Part shown: positions 38,750 to 50,789 of the stretch, piece after piece
Numbering within the stretch: the stretch's first letter is position 1
How the letters are laid out: every line of letters starts with the position of its first letter
DNA from: the human T2T-CHM13v2.0 reference genome, Homo sapiens
DNA length: 64,000 nucleotides
Assembly (NCBI RefSeq): GCF_009914755.1
Contig: NC_060928.1
Direction: 5' to 3' (one strand)
The notes under the pieces: generated by a model
Database searches by the model: none
Told to the model about the DNA's origin: nothing
What the model saw: only the letters and a program-made list of their open reading frames with translations
Translations under genes and position numbers: made by a program

Positions 38750-39624
38750 TTTACTTAAAAGGTAAAGCTATAATGTTATTTTCTTTACTGAAGATGTCAT
38801 GAATGGTACATTTCTAAAAGGTATCTCCCATATCTACTTACCCCAAGCAAATCCTCTTTCCTTTGAACCAAAGCCAGCACACATTTTTGGGAAATAGTAA
38901 ATATTTTAGGCTTCATGAGCCATATCGTGTCTGTAGCAACTACTCAACCTGCTGAGGTGGAGCAAAACCAGCCATTGACCACATGTAAATAAATGAGCAT
39001 GGCTGCGTTTCAGCAAAACTTTACTTATAAAAGCAAATGGAATACAAAAGCGGGGAGTCAGTGAAATTTGGTCTGCAAGCCTGGTTTGCCAACCCCTGCT
39101 TGAGTCCATACATCCTCAGAACAAAAATGAACAAAAAATCCAAAAAAGTGCTAAATGAAGGTGGAGTTTGGAGGTGAAAACATTTTCTGTAAAGGGTATC
39201 ATAAGCTTTATATTGTTTTCATCATATATTGAGGGGAAAATCCATTACTGTATATATACTGTATGACTGTATCAGTTGTATAACTGTGTAGGTCCTTGGA
39301 ATAAAACAAAACTCTTCTTTAAATATATGCATGCCCAGTGTTTCAAGTATTACACATAGTTAACCACAGAAGACTGAGTGAGAGCATGCTCTGATTCATG
39401 CAAAAACTGTTACAGTTCCGCTGTAGTTGAGTGGCTGGTTCCTTTTCTTCTTATCATCAACTCAATTTTAATGCAATCTTTAAATTCCCTGACACCAACA
39501 GATTATCATATTGTTGGAACAATTTCAATATCCTAGAGCTGGATAGATAACATTTACTTAAAAGGTAAAACTATAATGTTATTTTCTTTACTGAAGGTAT
39601 TATAAATAGTACATTTCTAAAAGG
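38750..39624 (+). repeat. Dispersed 72-bp direct repeat pair (38750-38821 and 39553-39624)
   Basis: 66/72 identical by manual alignment; all six differences are transitions. Confidence 0.93.
38870..39098. mobile_element. MER58A-like hAT-Charlie element
   Basis: 'atagtaaatattttaggctt...gcaactactcaac...aaatgagcatggctg...gtttgccaacccctg'. Confidence 0.85.
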
Positions 39625-40349
39625 ACAATTTCTTTGCCATTTATTTATTTATTTTTACATGCTATACAGAGGCAGAGAGACTGGGAGACCTCAAATAAGA
39701 TGCTAACTAAAAAAAGTAAAAGAATTTTTTATTTTTTTAGAAAAATCAATGTAAGTATTTGGAAAATGTGGAAAACACTGCACAGCTTCTAAACTCTCAT
39801 TAAACTCCATAGAAAATCACCAACTAGCTCTTCTATGTAAGGTATGAGACATCTGATAGTTGGAAATTGCCTAGTGCAATAACTAAACCAAATAGTGTAA
39901 CTGAGGAATACTAAAGGCCAGAAGCCAATTTACAGTGGAGTTCACGTCCAACAGCTTAATATTCTGGTTGAGAAATCCTATTGCAGTGGTTCAGGCTAGA
40001 GATAATGAAAGTTCAAATTGAAACAGTAACTGTTAACAGTGGCAAGAAAGGGATGAATATGAGAGATTTTTGGATATAGAATTGGCAAAAAGTGGTATAC
40101 TAGTTAAAGGTCGTTGTAGATGATGATAATAATGACTTTTTGTGTGTGGAAGATAACAGAAACTGACTGGTGGAATTAAGAAGGAAAGATTTATCAGAAG
40201 GATTCTAGGGTAGCTCATTTAATTAAAGAAATGACTGAATATTCAAATCTTGGAAATGCAGAAATCAGGGGCTCTCTAGGGAACTCAGCAGTGAGCCTCC
40301 ACATATCTTTTTTCTAGAGTATTGCCATTAGGGTTATTGACTTCAAATC

Positions 40350-41190
40350 TATGGTTAGTTACTTTTATTAATGGTCTCAATTAAAGACTTCATTGTATCT
40401 ATGCCCTTTGCTCTGTAACTCTGTAGCCCCCTCTCATGCTGAGTCTGAAATTGGCCATGGAACAGTAGTGAATATGGTGTCAGCAAAAACTTGAATAACA
40501 CTTGCAGAAATAGTTTGGCTCTGTGTCCCCACTCAAATCTCATCTCGAATTGTAATCACATGTTGAGAGAGGGATCTGGTGGGAGGTGACCGGATCATGG
40601 GGGTGGTTTTTCCCCATGCTGTTCTCACGGTAGTGAGTGAGTTCTCATGAGATATGATGGTTTAAAAGTGTTTGGCAGTTCTCCTCGTTCTCTCTATCTC
40701 TCCTGCTGCCATGTAAGGTGTACCTTGCTTCCTATTCACCTTCTGCCATGATTGTGAGGTTCTTGAAGGCTCCCCAGCCTACAGATCAACTAAACCTCTT
40801 TTCTTTTTAAGTTACCCAGTCTTAGGTAGTTCTTTATAACAGTGTGAGAATGGACTAATACACTTTCAGATTTCCACTTTCTTGGTTGCTCCCTGTCTTT
40901 GCCATGAGAATATACCTGGGCTAGCCTAATGGATGATGTGGCAAACAAGATATTGGCTCAAGATGGATGATGTGGCACAAGATGTGGAGCTATGACATCC
41001 TAGATTTCTGAGCTGAACCCCCAGCTATGAGAGAAAACCCATCTGAAAACTGCATATCCAACCCCGCAGCTGACTGCAGGCACATGAGTGAGCCCCACCA
41101 GACCTAGTTCAGATCAGCAGAACTGTCCAACTACCCACAGGCTCATGAGAAAAAACAAATTGTTGCTTTAAGTAAATTTTGTGGGTCTTC
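40350..41190 (+). mobile_element. MLT1 (F/G/H-like) LTR split by an MSTA LTR
   Basis: MLT1-like 'ccatgagaatatacctgggctagcct', 'agctgactgcaggcacatgagtgagccc', 'agatcagcagaactgtcc'. Confidence 0.75.
40506..40862 (+). mobile_element. MSTA-like MaLR solo LTR
   Basis: 'tagtttggctctgtgtccccactcaaatctcatctcgaattgtaatc' ... 'gagaatggactaataca'; TSD cttgc/ctttc. Confidence 0.9.
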
Positions 41191-42267
41191 TGTGTCTCTG
41201 AATTCAAATCTCAATTTCTTGAATAACAGAATTTGTTTGATTCAGCTTGGTTCTTGTGTCATAACTCTGGATACTTTAGCTGTGACCAGAGGGCAGTTGG
41301 CATGGCTAAAAGGAGAGAAATTTGTGAGCTGGAAAAACATCCCACCTAGTAATTTATTACATATGAGAAGGGTTGAGATAAAATGGAGAGTCAAAAACTC
41401 CTGGAATATTTGTAATTACTCCCAAAGATTCACCAAACTCATGAGAAGAAAGGGAAATTGAGGATCAGCATTGGGGAAATTGCTTGTTCATAAGGAGCCA
41501 AAAATGACTGGTCCAGACCCATGAAGAATTTGATTGAACAGAGATCATAGAAAGGACACTTTTTTTTTTTTTTTTTTACTTCTGCATCTTCAGTGCCTAG
41601 CAAAGTATGGTACACACTCTCCTTCCTAAAGAAGGAGAAGGGCGTCAAAAGAATTGTTCAAAATAAATATCAGCTGTTGCTATTGAAACGAGAGGGGCCA
41701 AATGTTGCTGGTTATGAATATATCAATACATGGTAATGAGATACCTACATTGTATTAAACATTATTAAAAGTAAGAATCTGTGCCAGAAACAAAAACATT
41801 TATATTATCATATAATACACTAACATTTTTTTAGGCAACCAGCCGATGAACCACCTCCATGTGGTGTTTATCTCACTGTGCTTACATCTTGCTTGCCATA
41901 ATCATAGAATTTTAGACCTGGAGGGCACATAAACCCTCTGGCTAGAGAGGTTATGGCACAATCCCAGATATACTCAATCAGCACCTAATTACTGAGCTCA
42001 AGCCATGTACCTTGCACAAACAGAAGGTGCAAGTAAGCAGTTCCAGGAGTCAGGTACTTATTATGACTGGTTAGTTAGTGATTAATGTGATCTTAATCAC
42101 ATTAGTCAACTTCTTCATTTTCATTTCTCATATTTCACCACAGTCTTCTTGCATATCTGGGCTCAGTCTCTGTACTCTCACTGCAAGCCTGAGAGGAATG
42201 CATTGAGAGGATGGCATGAGGAAGCACTTTTTCCTATGTGAGGTCTTGAGGTTAGTTGCATTTAAAC

Positions 42268-42558
42268 TCTCATTCTCCCTTCTTTCCCTCCCCTATTACT
42301 TCTCTGTCTCTCTCTTTTCCCTCCCTACTTCCCTCCTTCCTTCCCTCCTCTCATCTCTTCTTTCTTCCTTTCCTTTCCTTTCTTTGCTTGTCTTTCTTTA
42401 TCTTTTTCTTTCTTTCTTTCTTTCTTCCTTCCTTCCCTCCTTCCTTCCTTCTTTCCTTCCTCCCTCCCTCTCTCTTTCTTTCTTTTCTTCTCTCTTTCTA
42501 TTCTTTCTTTCTTTTTCTTCTCTTTCTTTCTATGCTTTCTTGCTTGCTTTCTTCTTTC

Positions 42559-42612
<54 letters not shown>

Positions 42613-42693
42613 TTCCTTCCTTCCTTCCTTCCTTCCTTCCTTCCTTCCTTCCTTCCTTCCTTTCTTTTCTCTCTCTCTCTTTCTTTCTTTCCT
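42268..42693. repeat. ~420-bp polypyrimidine/polypurine tract with (TTTC)n and (TTCC)n blocks
   Basis: Almost purely C/T on the + strand; near-perfect TTTC run ~42561-42609 followed by a TTCC run ~42610-42660. Confidence 0.97.
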
Positions 42694-42714
42694 GATTAAA
42701 CCCTGGGTTCAACA

Positions 42715-42975
42715 CATGGTATGTATCATATGTTCTCACTTATAAGTGGTAGCTAAACATTGGGTACACATGGATAAAACCATGGAAATAATAGACACTG
42801 GGGACTCCAAAAGGGGGGCTGGTGGGAAGGGAATGAGGGTTGAAAAATTACCTATTGGGTACAATGTTCACTATTTAGGTGATGGGTATCTTAGAAGCCC
42901 AAACCTCAGCATTATGCAATTTAATCCATGTAACAAACTTGCACATGTACACTGAATTTAAAATAAAATAAAATG
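42715..42975 (+). mobile_element. Short 5'-truncated L1 3'UTR (old L1PA/L1PB)
   Basis: 'atgttctcacttataagtgg', 'gaaataatagacactggggactcc', 'ttgaaaaattacctattgggtacaatgttcac' plus A-rich tail. Confidence 0.9.
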
Positions 42976-43384
42976 AAAGTCATGTAATACTAAAGATACC
43001 TTTCCAGACCCTGACCCCCGACGTTGGCCAAAATCTAGCATATATGGTTAAAAAAAAAGACATTTTACTCAGATCTGAGACAGAAACAATTATGGAAAAT
43101 TGTGGTTCCTATATTGTTCTAGTTGTTGACATAAAATATCTCCTTTAATCCATGCAGCAACTTTACAAAATAGATATTATTATCCTGATTAGTAGATAAC
43201 AGAAATAAGGCTCAGACAAGTAGGTAATTTCCTCAAGGTCACATAGCTGAGATGTGGCACAACTGGGATTTGAGTGCTTGTTCTGCGAGTTATGACTACA
43301 AAACTTGTGCTCATTTTTCTGCACACGGCAACAGATCCATCACCCCTTAGCCAAATTCCCACTCATAAAATAAGACATAGTTTC

Positions 43385-43878
43385 TGTGTTATTTAGCTCT
43401 TGCTATAATAGAGCTGCATAATAAGCAACCCCAAAACTCATTGGCTCATAGCAGTAAACATTTATTTTTCTCACACATTGGATCTGTAAGTTGGATGGTA
43501 TTTGGCTTATTTCAGCTGGACCTGGATGGATTCAAGTAGGTTTGGCTCTGCCATGCAGGTTGGATGCAGGTCTATTCCAAATGTCTTCTCAATTTCCTTC
43601 TACCACTATCCTAGGCATCTTCTCATAGTGAATGATAGGAGTGCAAGAGAGCCAGCCAAGCCATGGGAACCCTCTAAAGCCACTGCCCACAATAAAATGT
43701 TCATTAACATTTTATTGGCCAAAGCAAGTCACATGGCCAGCTGAACTCACAGAGGCAGGAAAATGTAGTCCACCCATTTGGGGAAGAACTATAAAGTTAT
43801 ATGGCAACATGTTCAGATGTATACTTCTGTAACAGAGAGGGAGTGAAAAGTTGGGAGCAGTAATTCAGTCTATCATAG
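43385..43878 (-). mobile_element. Old MLT1 (J/I-like) LTR
   Basis: 'gctgcataataagcaaccccaaaactca', 'attggccaaagcaagtcacatggcc'. Confidence 0.78.
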
Positions 43879-44048
43879 TCCCAGACCCTCAAGATGGCCA
43901 AGTAAGCGTGTGAGTTGGGGATCTACTGGCTTTGTAACTTCCTGTCCATGAATCATTTTACCTAACATGCATCTTTTCTGAGCCTTCATCTGTGCTGGAA
44001 TAGTCACCATAATCCCTGTTCAGTATTCCTCACAAATTTATTGTATGG

Positions 44049-44420
<372 letters not shown>

Positions 44421-45268
44421 TCAGACTGAAAGTTACATTGTCATGTATTATTTTTATCAATATTATTACCATTATCATTATTAAGGGTAAAAATACCATT
44501 AATTAGGATATTTTTGAAGTTTTGTTGGGTGCCACCTGGTAGTCTACAGTTGGAGAACCCAGTGGTCTTGTGGCATTAATGCTTGTAGATTGTGTGATAG
44601 CATCGATGGTTTGGTTTTGGGTATTATTAAGTTATTTGTTTATGATATTTAATAAAAGCAGGCACTGTCTCGTCTGCAGCTCATCAGAGGTGGTACCAGC
44701 TTTCCATTTCTTAGGGTGTGGTTTTCATTTGGGGCAGCCCCAAGTGGGAATGAGGGCGGTTGTTGGTTCGTGGGCTTCGTCTATTTCACCTAAGTGGTCC
44801 GCAGTCTGCCGGAGCTTGAGAGCCCTACTTCCCGTGAGTGCACTGACTCCCAGGCTGAAAGCATTCACACAATTTCTATTGCTTCATAATGGGCTGAATT
44901 CTCTCTCCATCAGACAAACACAAATAGTACTTGAGGTGAGCCAGAAAGCACAATAGGTAACCTCTGCCAGAGCCAACTAGCTGCAAGCGTGGATGAAAAA
45001 ATATCTCCCCGAAGAAAGAAACCACAACAATGAAAGGGGGAAGAGGGAGGCAGAAATTGCTATTATAAACTGAAAATAAAATTTATAAGATAAACCTAAA
45101 CATATTTTTACAAGGTTTGCATATTTTTTCAGTTCACCTCAAATCTATGAAATTCAATTCTCTGCAACTCAATCCAGTCAATATTTGTTGAGACTAGTAT
45201 CAGAAACACAGGGATGAGTTTTAACTCCAAAATGAATAATATATGAACTCTGTCCTTAAGAAACTCTA

Positions 45269-45698
<430 letters not shown>

Positions 45699-46484
45699 TC
45701 ATCTTTAAAACAGGGACAATATTGTGCACCTCACAGACTTCATCTGATGTCATTAATTTATTTAAAAAATATTAACTAAGCCCGTTTTGAGTCAGGAGAT
45801 GTGGCAGCCTTTCAGAATCCCACAGACTTACACAGGAGGCTACAGTATGGCAGTGATTGGGAAGAAGGCAAAGCAGCTGTGGGGAGGCCAGTAGTAAGTC
45901 TACTGCGATCTTCCAGGAGAGGGGTGTTACTGGCCCCCTGTGTAGTAGGAGTAGGGGGTCGAGAAAAAGACAGTCTAGAAACAATCTTAGGAGGTCACCA
46001 ATGTCAAGGCCATTACTGATCTACAAGTTGTTGCCAAATTCACTGGTGAATTCCTTGTCCTCCTGTTGCTCTACATTCGACACAAGCTGATTATATTGAT
46101 TATGTCCTTCTTGAAGCATTTATTTCCCTGTGTTTCTGGGATACCACCATTTCTTGGAGTCCCCCTAATGCACTGGCCACTTCTTTGTCTGCTTTGCTGC
46201 ATCTCTCTAATATTCAAGACTTACCAATTATTTTCTTTTCTTTGAGTCACTCCCTACCAAATTATTATTTCCATTCTAACTTCCTCCTGATTTGTATACC
46301 CAGTTGCGAACTCCACTCAGATATTTAAATCCAAAATGAAGTTGTTAATTCTACTCCTTGTCGTCTAGGTCCTAACGCTCCATTTTTTCCAGTTACTTAG
46401 AGCAAAAACACTTGGAATCAACCTCGACCCCTTTTTTTCCTTATAATTCACATTCAGTCCCTCACACACCTTGGAAGCTTATTT

Positions 46485-47220
46485 TAGGCTGATTGCCTTC
46501 ATGACTTCAAGTAATGATGTCCCTGTGTCCACATTCTTTGCAATGTGGCTTTTCATTTCCTCCCATTAACTGTGGAGTCTATTTCCCCAACTTTGAATAG
46601 GGGTTAATTTTGTGACTCACTCTGCCAAGAGAGTGAAAGACTTCATATTTAAATGAACAATATCCAGCAGCACCCAGCCCAGAAAAAGAAACAATAACTT
46701 TCATAACCATTGGCCACAAATGGTCAGGACTTGATTAATAACTGACAACTTTCCTAATGTTTGCCCCTGCTTCCAAATTAGAACCAACTAGATAAAACTA
46801 AATATGCACCCCCAACCAATCACATAAGATGCCCCGCTCCCAGTTAACTCACCTATAGTTGCTCTGTGCAACAACCTACAATTGCAGCTCACCTGAGGCC
46901 TTCTCTTTTTTTCCACTAGAAAGCTTCCCACACCTCTGCCTGTCTTTGATTCTGTCATATGCAAGTGACAGTGGCTGACTTTCTTGCTCTATCAAGCTCT
47001 GAATAAAAAGCCTTTGCTTTTTCTCATTTGGGTGGTCTTCCTTTATTCCCAGAAGACCACAGTAGTAACAATATGCCCATTCTATGTTTGTGTCTCAAGA
47101 AGCCTCTTTGACAGTTAGCAATTCTGCTCTTTTCTCTTGCTTTTCTGCTATCACCATGAGAACAAGCCAGGCCAATATCCTGGGAGTTCAAGGGCCTGCT
47201 GGAGTTCAAAAGACTGTATG
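46485..47220 (+). mobile_element. MLT1 (G/H-like) LTR fragments flanking an ERV1-type LTR
   Basis: 'ctttgcaatgtggcttt...gtggagtctatttcccc...tgtgactcactctgccaa', resuming after 47052 with 'ctcaagaagcct...caccatgagaacaagccaggc'. Confidence 0.68.
46634..47052 (+). mobile_element. ERV1-class (MER4-group-like) solo LTR
   Basis: TG start, 'aatggtcaggacttgattaataactgac', CCAAT box 'caaccaatcacataag', AATAAA at ~47002. Confidence 0.72.
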
Positions 47221-47830
47221 GAACAGGGTCAGATGTACTTTTGTAATAGAGTACACTTTGCAGTAGAGCCGCCTGAAAGTAAGAAGCCAAAATAAGGAAG
47301 CAGAGAAACTTAGAAGGTTAATTCTGGGGTTATTTGGGTGATAGGAAGATATGCAAAGTATTTAGCTTTCCAGTTAACAACTTGAGTTGGCTGGGGTTAG
47401 CGATAACTTGGGTTTCTCTTTTGGTGTCTACAAGAAGTAGAGGAGGCAGGATCACTCCAGGAGTCTAGGCTGTGATGCTGCTTGCAGGAGCTACTGCTAA
47501 AGCCCCGAGCCAATCAGCTTCTATTTCATGTTGATCTTTCGAGGGTGAAAACCTACTGGAGAAGAGCATGAGCAAAGCCATTGTATTTGCTGGGGCATTT
47601 TAAATATAGCTGAGATAGGAAATATTGTGTTTTACAGAGCCGTGAATGAATTCTTTGTGTGTTTATAAATGCTTAACAAGCACAGTCATGCATGGATTAA
47701 CAACGGGGATACAATGAGAAATGGATCCTTAGATAATTTTGTTGATGTGTGAATATCAGAGTGTACTTACACAAACCTAGGAAGTATAGCCTACTACACA
47801 CCTAGGCTACGTGGTGTGGCCTATTGCTTC

Positions 47831-49262
47831 TGTGTCCGGAATTGGTGGGTTCTTGGTCTCACTGACTTCAAGAATGAAGCTGTGGACCCTCGCGGTGAGT
47901 GATACAGTTCTTAAAGGCGGCGTGTCCGGAGTTTGTTTCTTCTGATGTTTGGATGTGTTCGGAGTTTCTTCCTTCTGGTGGGGTTCGTGGTCTCGCCCGC
48001 TCAGGAGTGAAGCTTTGGACCTTCGCGGTGAGTGTTACAGCTCTTAAGGCGGCACGTCTGGAGTTGTTCGTTCCTTCCGGTGGGTTCGTCGTCTCGCTGG
48101 CTTTAGGAGTGAAGCTGCAGACCTTCGCGGTGAGTGTTACAGCTCATAAAGGCAGTGTGGACCCAAAGAGTGAGCAGCAGCAAGATTTATTGCAAAGAGC
48201 GAAAGAACAAACCTTCCATGGTGTGGAAGTGGACCCAAGCGGGTTGTCACTGCTGGCTCTGGCAGCCTGCTTTTATTCTCTTATCTGGCCCCACCCACAT
48301 CCTGCTGATTGGTAGAGCCCAGTGGTCTGTTTTGACAGGGCGCTGATTGCTGCGTTTACAATCCCTGAGCTGGACACAAAGGTTCTCCACATCCCCACTA
48401 GATTAGCTAGATACACAGTGTGGACACAAAGGTTCTCCAAGTCCCCACCAGAGTAGCTAGATACAGAGTGTCATTGGTGCATTCACAAACCCTGAGCTAG
48501 ACACAGGGTGCTGATTGGTGTGTTTACAAACCTTGAGCTAGATACAGAGTGCCGATTGGTATATTTACAATCTCTGAGCTAGACATAAAGGTTCTCCACG
48601 TCCCCACCAGACTCAGGAGCCCAGCTGGCTTCACCCAGTGGATCCCGCACCGGGGCTGCAGGTGGAGCTGCCTGCCAGTCTCCCGCCGTGCGCCCGCACT
48701 CCTCAGCCTTTGGGTGGTCGATGGGACTGGGCGCCGGCGGAGCAGGGGGCGGGGCTCATCCGAGAGGTTCCGGTCGCACAGGAGCCCACGATGGAGGTGG
48801 GAGGCTCAGGCATGGCGGGCTGCAGGTCCCGAGCCCTGCCCCGCGGGAAGGCAGCTAAGGCCCGGCGAGAAATCGAGCGCAGCGCCGGTGGGCTGGCACT
48901 GCTGGGGGACCCAGTACACCCTCCGCAGCCGCTGGCCCGGGTGCTAAGCCCCTCATTGCATGGGGTCGGCAGGGCCGGCCGGCTGCTCCGAGTGCGGAGC
49001 CCGCCAAGCCCACGCCCACCCGGAACTCCAGCTGGCCCGCAAGCGCCGCGCGCAGCCACGATTCCAGCTCGCGCCTCTCCCTCCACACCTGCATGCAAGC
49101 TGAGGGAGCTGGCTCCGGCCTTGGCCAGCCCAGAAAGGGGCTCCCACAGTGCAGCGGTGGGCTGAAGGCCTCCTCAAGTGCCGCCAAAGTGGGAGCCCAG
49201 GCAGAGGAGGCGCCGAGAGAGAGCGAGGGCTGTGAGGACTGCCAGCAGGCTGTCACCTCTCA
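47831..49262 (-). mobile_element. Full-length solo LTR12 (LTR12C-like, ERV9/HERV9), 1432 bp
   Basis: Minus strand begins TGAGAGGTGACAGC and ends CCAATTCCGGACACA; exact 4-bp TSD CTTC (47827-47830, 49263-49266); CpG-rich U3, tandem CCAAT-containing units and repeated U5 units. Confidence 0.97.
48240..48620 (-). promoter_or_regulatory. LTR12 U3 enhancer/promoter: CCAAT (NF-Y) repeats and AATAAA-type TATA box, directed toward lower coordinates
   Basis: ATTGG at ~48308, 48473, 48514, 48555; TTTTATT at ~48271. ERV9 LTR promoter architecture is established; activity of this copy is not shown by sequence. Confidence 0.65.
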
Positions 49263-50761
49263 CTTCTGGGCTACAAACATGGACAGCATGTACTGAGGAC
49301 TGGAGGCAACTGTAATGCAACGGTAAGAGTTTTGTAGCTAAACCTATCTAAACATAGAAAAGATACAGTAAAAATATGGCATAAAAGATTTAAAAATGGT
49401 ATACTTGCATAGGGGACACATCATAAATGGACTAAAAGTTGCCCTGGGTGAGTGCGTGAACGGTGAGTGAATGTGAAGTCCGAGGACATTACTGTATACT
49501 ACAATAGATTTTATAAATTGTAAACTTAGACTACACGAAATTTATAAAGAAATTTTCTTTCTTCAATCATAATGAACCTTAGCTTATCATAACTTTCTTA
49601 CTTTATAAACCTTTTAATTTTTAGAACATTTTGACTCTGGTAATAATAACACAAATGCATTGTATAGCTGTAAAAATATTTTCTTTCTTTATATTCTTAT
49701 TCTATAAACTTTTCTATCTAAAATTTTATTTATTTATTTTACTTTTTGTTAAAGGCTAAAACACAAATACATTAGTGTAGGCCTACACAGGATCAGGATC
49801 ACCAATATCACTGTCTTCTACCTCCACATCTTGTCCAAATGGAAGGTCTTCAGGGGCAATAGCATCACGGAGCTGTCATCTCCTGTGATCAAAATGCCTT
49901 CTTCTGGAAGACCTCCTGAAGGAGCTACTTGAGGCTGTTTTACAGTTATCATTTTTGTTGTTATAAACAGATAATTACACTATAAAATAATGAACAAAAG
50001 TCACTGCAGTAGGTTTGTTTATACCAGCCTTCCTACAAACATGTGAATTATGCACTGTGTTGTGACTTGTAACAGCTATGCTGTTACTAGGTGATAGAAA
50101 CTTTTCAGCTTCATTATAATCTTATGGGACCACTGTCAAATATGCAGTTGGCAGAAATACCCTTATGTGGAACATGACTGTTCTGAAAAGGACTGTTATG
50201 AAAAGGAAAAACAAATGTACTTTTAGCCTCGGAAGCCTACTAGGTATGATGAGCATAACAAGATCCCTGAGTTGAGATTTCTGTTGTAGAAAGCTGCTTC
50301 AAATAAGCCTTCGTGAGAACTCAAAGGTTTGCGACTATGACTATCAAAAAGCCACAATTTGCATTGCCCAGACCACAGCTTATATCTTACTGAAAACATA
50401 AACATGAAACTAAATATGAACCATGTGGCCTAGATTTTTAGCTATCAATACTTTTCTTTCTTTTTCCCCCACTTTGTACAAAGAATACTTTGATTTCTTC
50501 CATCACATTTCTTTTTCTTTGCAACTTGCATCAAACACAGGCACCATGCACATGTACTTTGTTTGGGATCCAGTGTTCCTCTCTTTACAAGTCAATCCCT
50601 GAGGATAGATAGGGAGCAGCCAGTTGCTGAGCGCGAGAGCTTTCTTTTTCCCTATGAAGTTCACTAAGAAGTACCCAAGGGGCTGTCTGCAGTTCATTAT
50701 TACCGGATAGGGCCTGAGCGGTGACCTTTCACTTCTGACCTGTGGATCTAACTCTAGCATT

Positions 50762-50789
50762 GTTTTTAGTGAGCATGCTCACTAAAAAC
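50762..50789. repeat. Perfect 28-bp palindrome, no spacer
   Basis: gtttttagtgagca|tgctcactaaaaac. Confidence 0.97.

Larger units (their letters stand above)
47683..50180. mobile_element. Tigger3b/MER7 (TcMar-Tigger) non-autonomous DNA transposon split by LTR12
   Basis: Inverted termini 'cagtcatg' (47683) and 'catgactg' (50180); 'gtgtacttacacaaacctag...tagcctactacacacctaggcta' resumes as 'ggctacaaac' after the LTR. Confidence 0.9.

Noticed and set aside
42216-42739. 147-159 aa F/L/S-rich ORFs that look like membrane proteins
   Set aside because: Artefact of the CT-rich tract.
48300-48620. Spaced ~40-bp repeats superficially like a CRISPR array
   Set aside because: Known LTR12 U3 tandem units in eukaryotic DNA; no unique spacers or cas genes.
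47899-49296. Overlapping 130-175 aa ORFs and a CpG-island-like region
   Set aside because: All lie within LTR12; GC richness suppresses stop codons.
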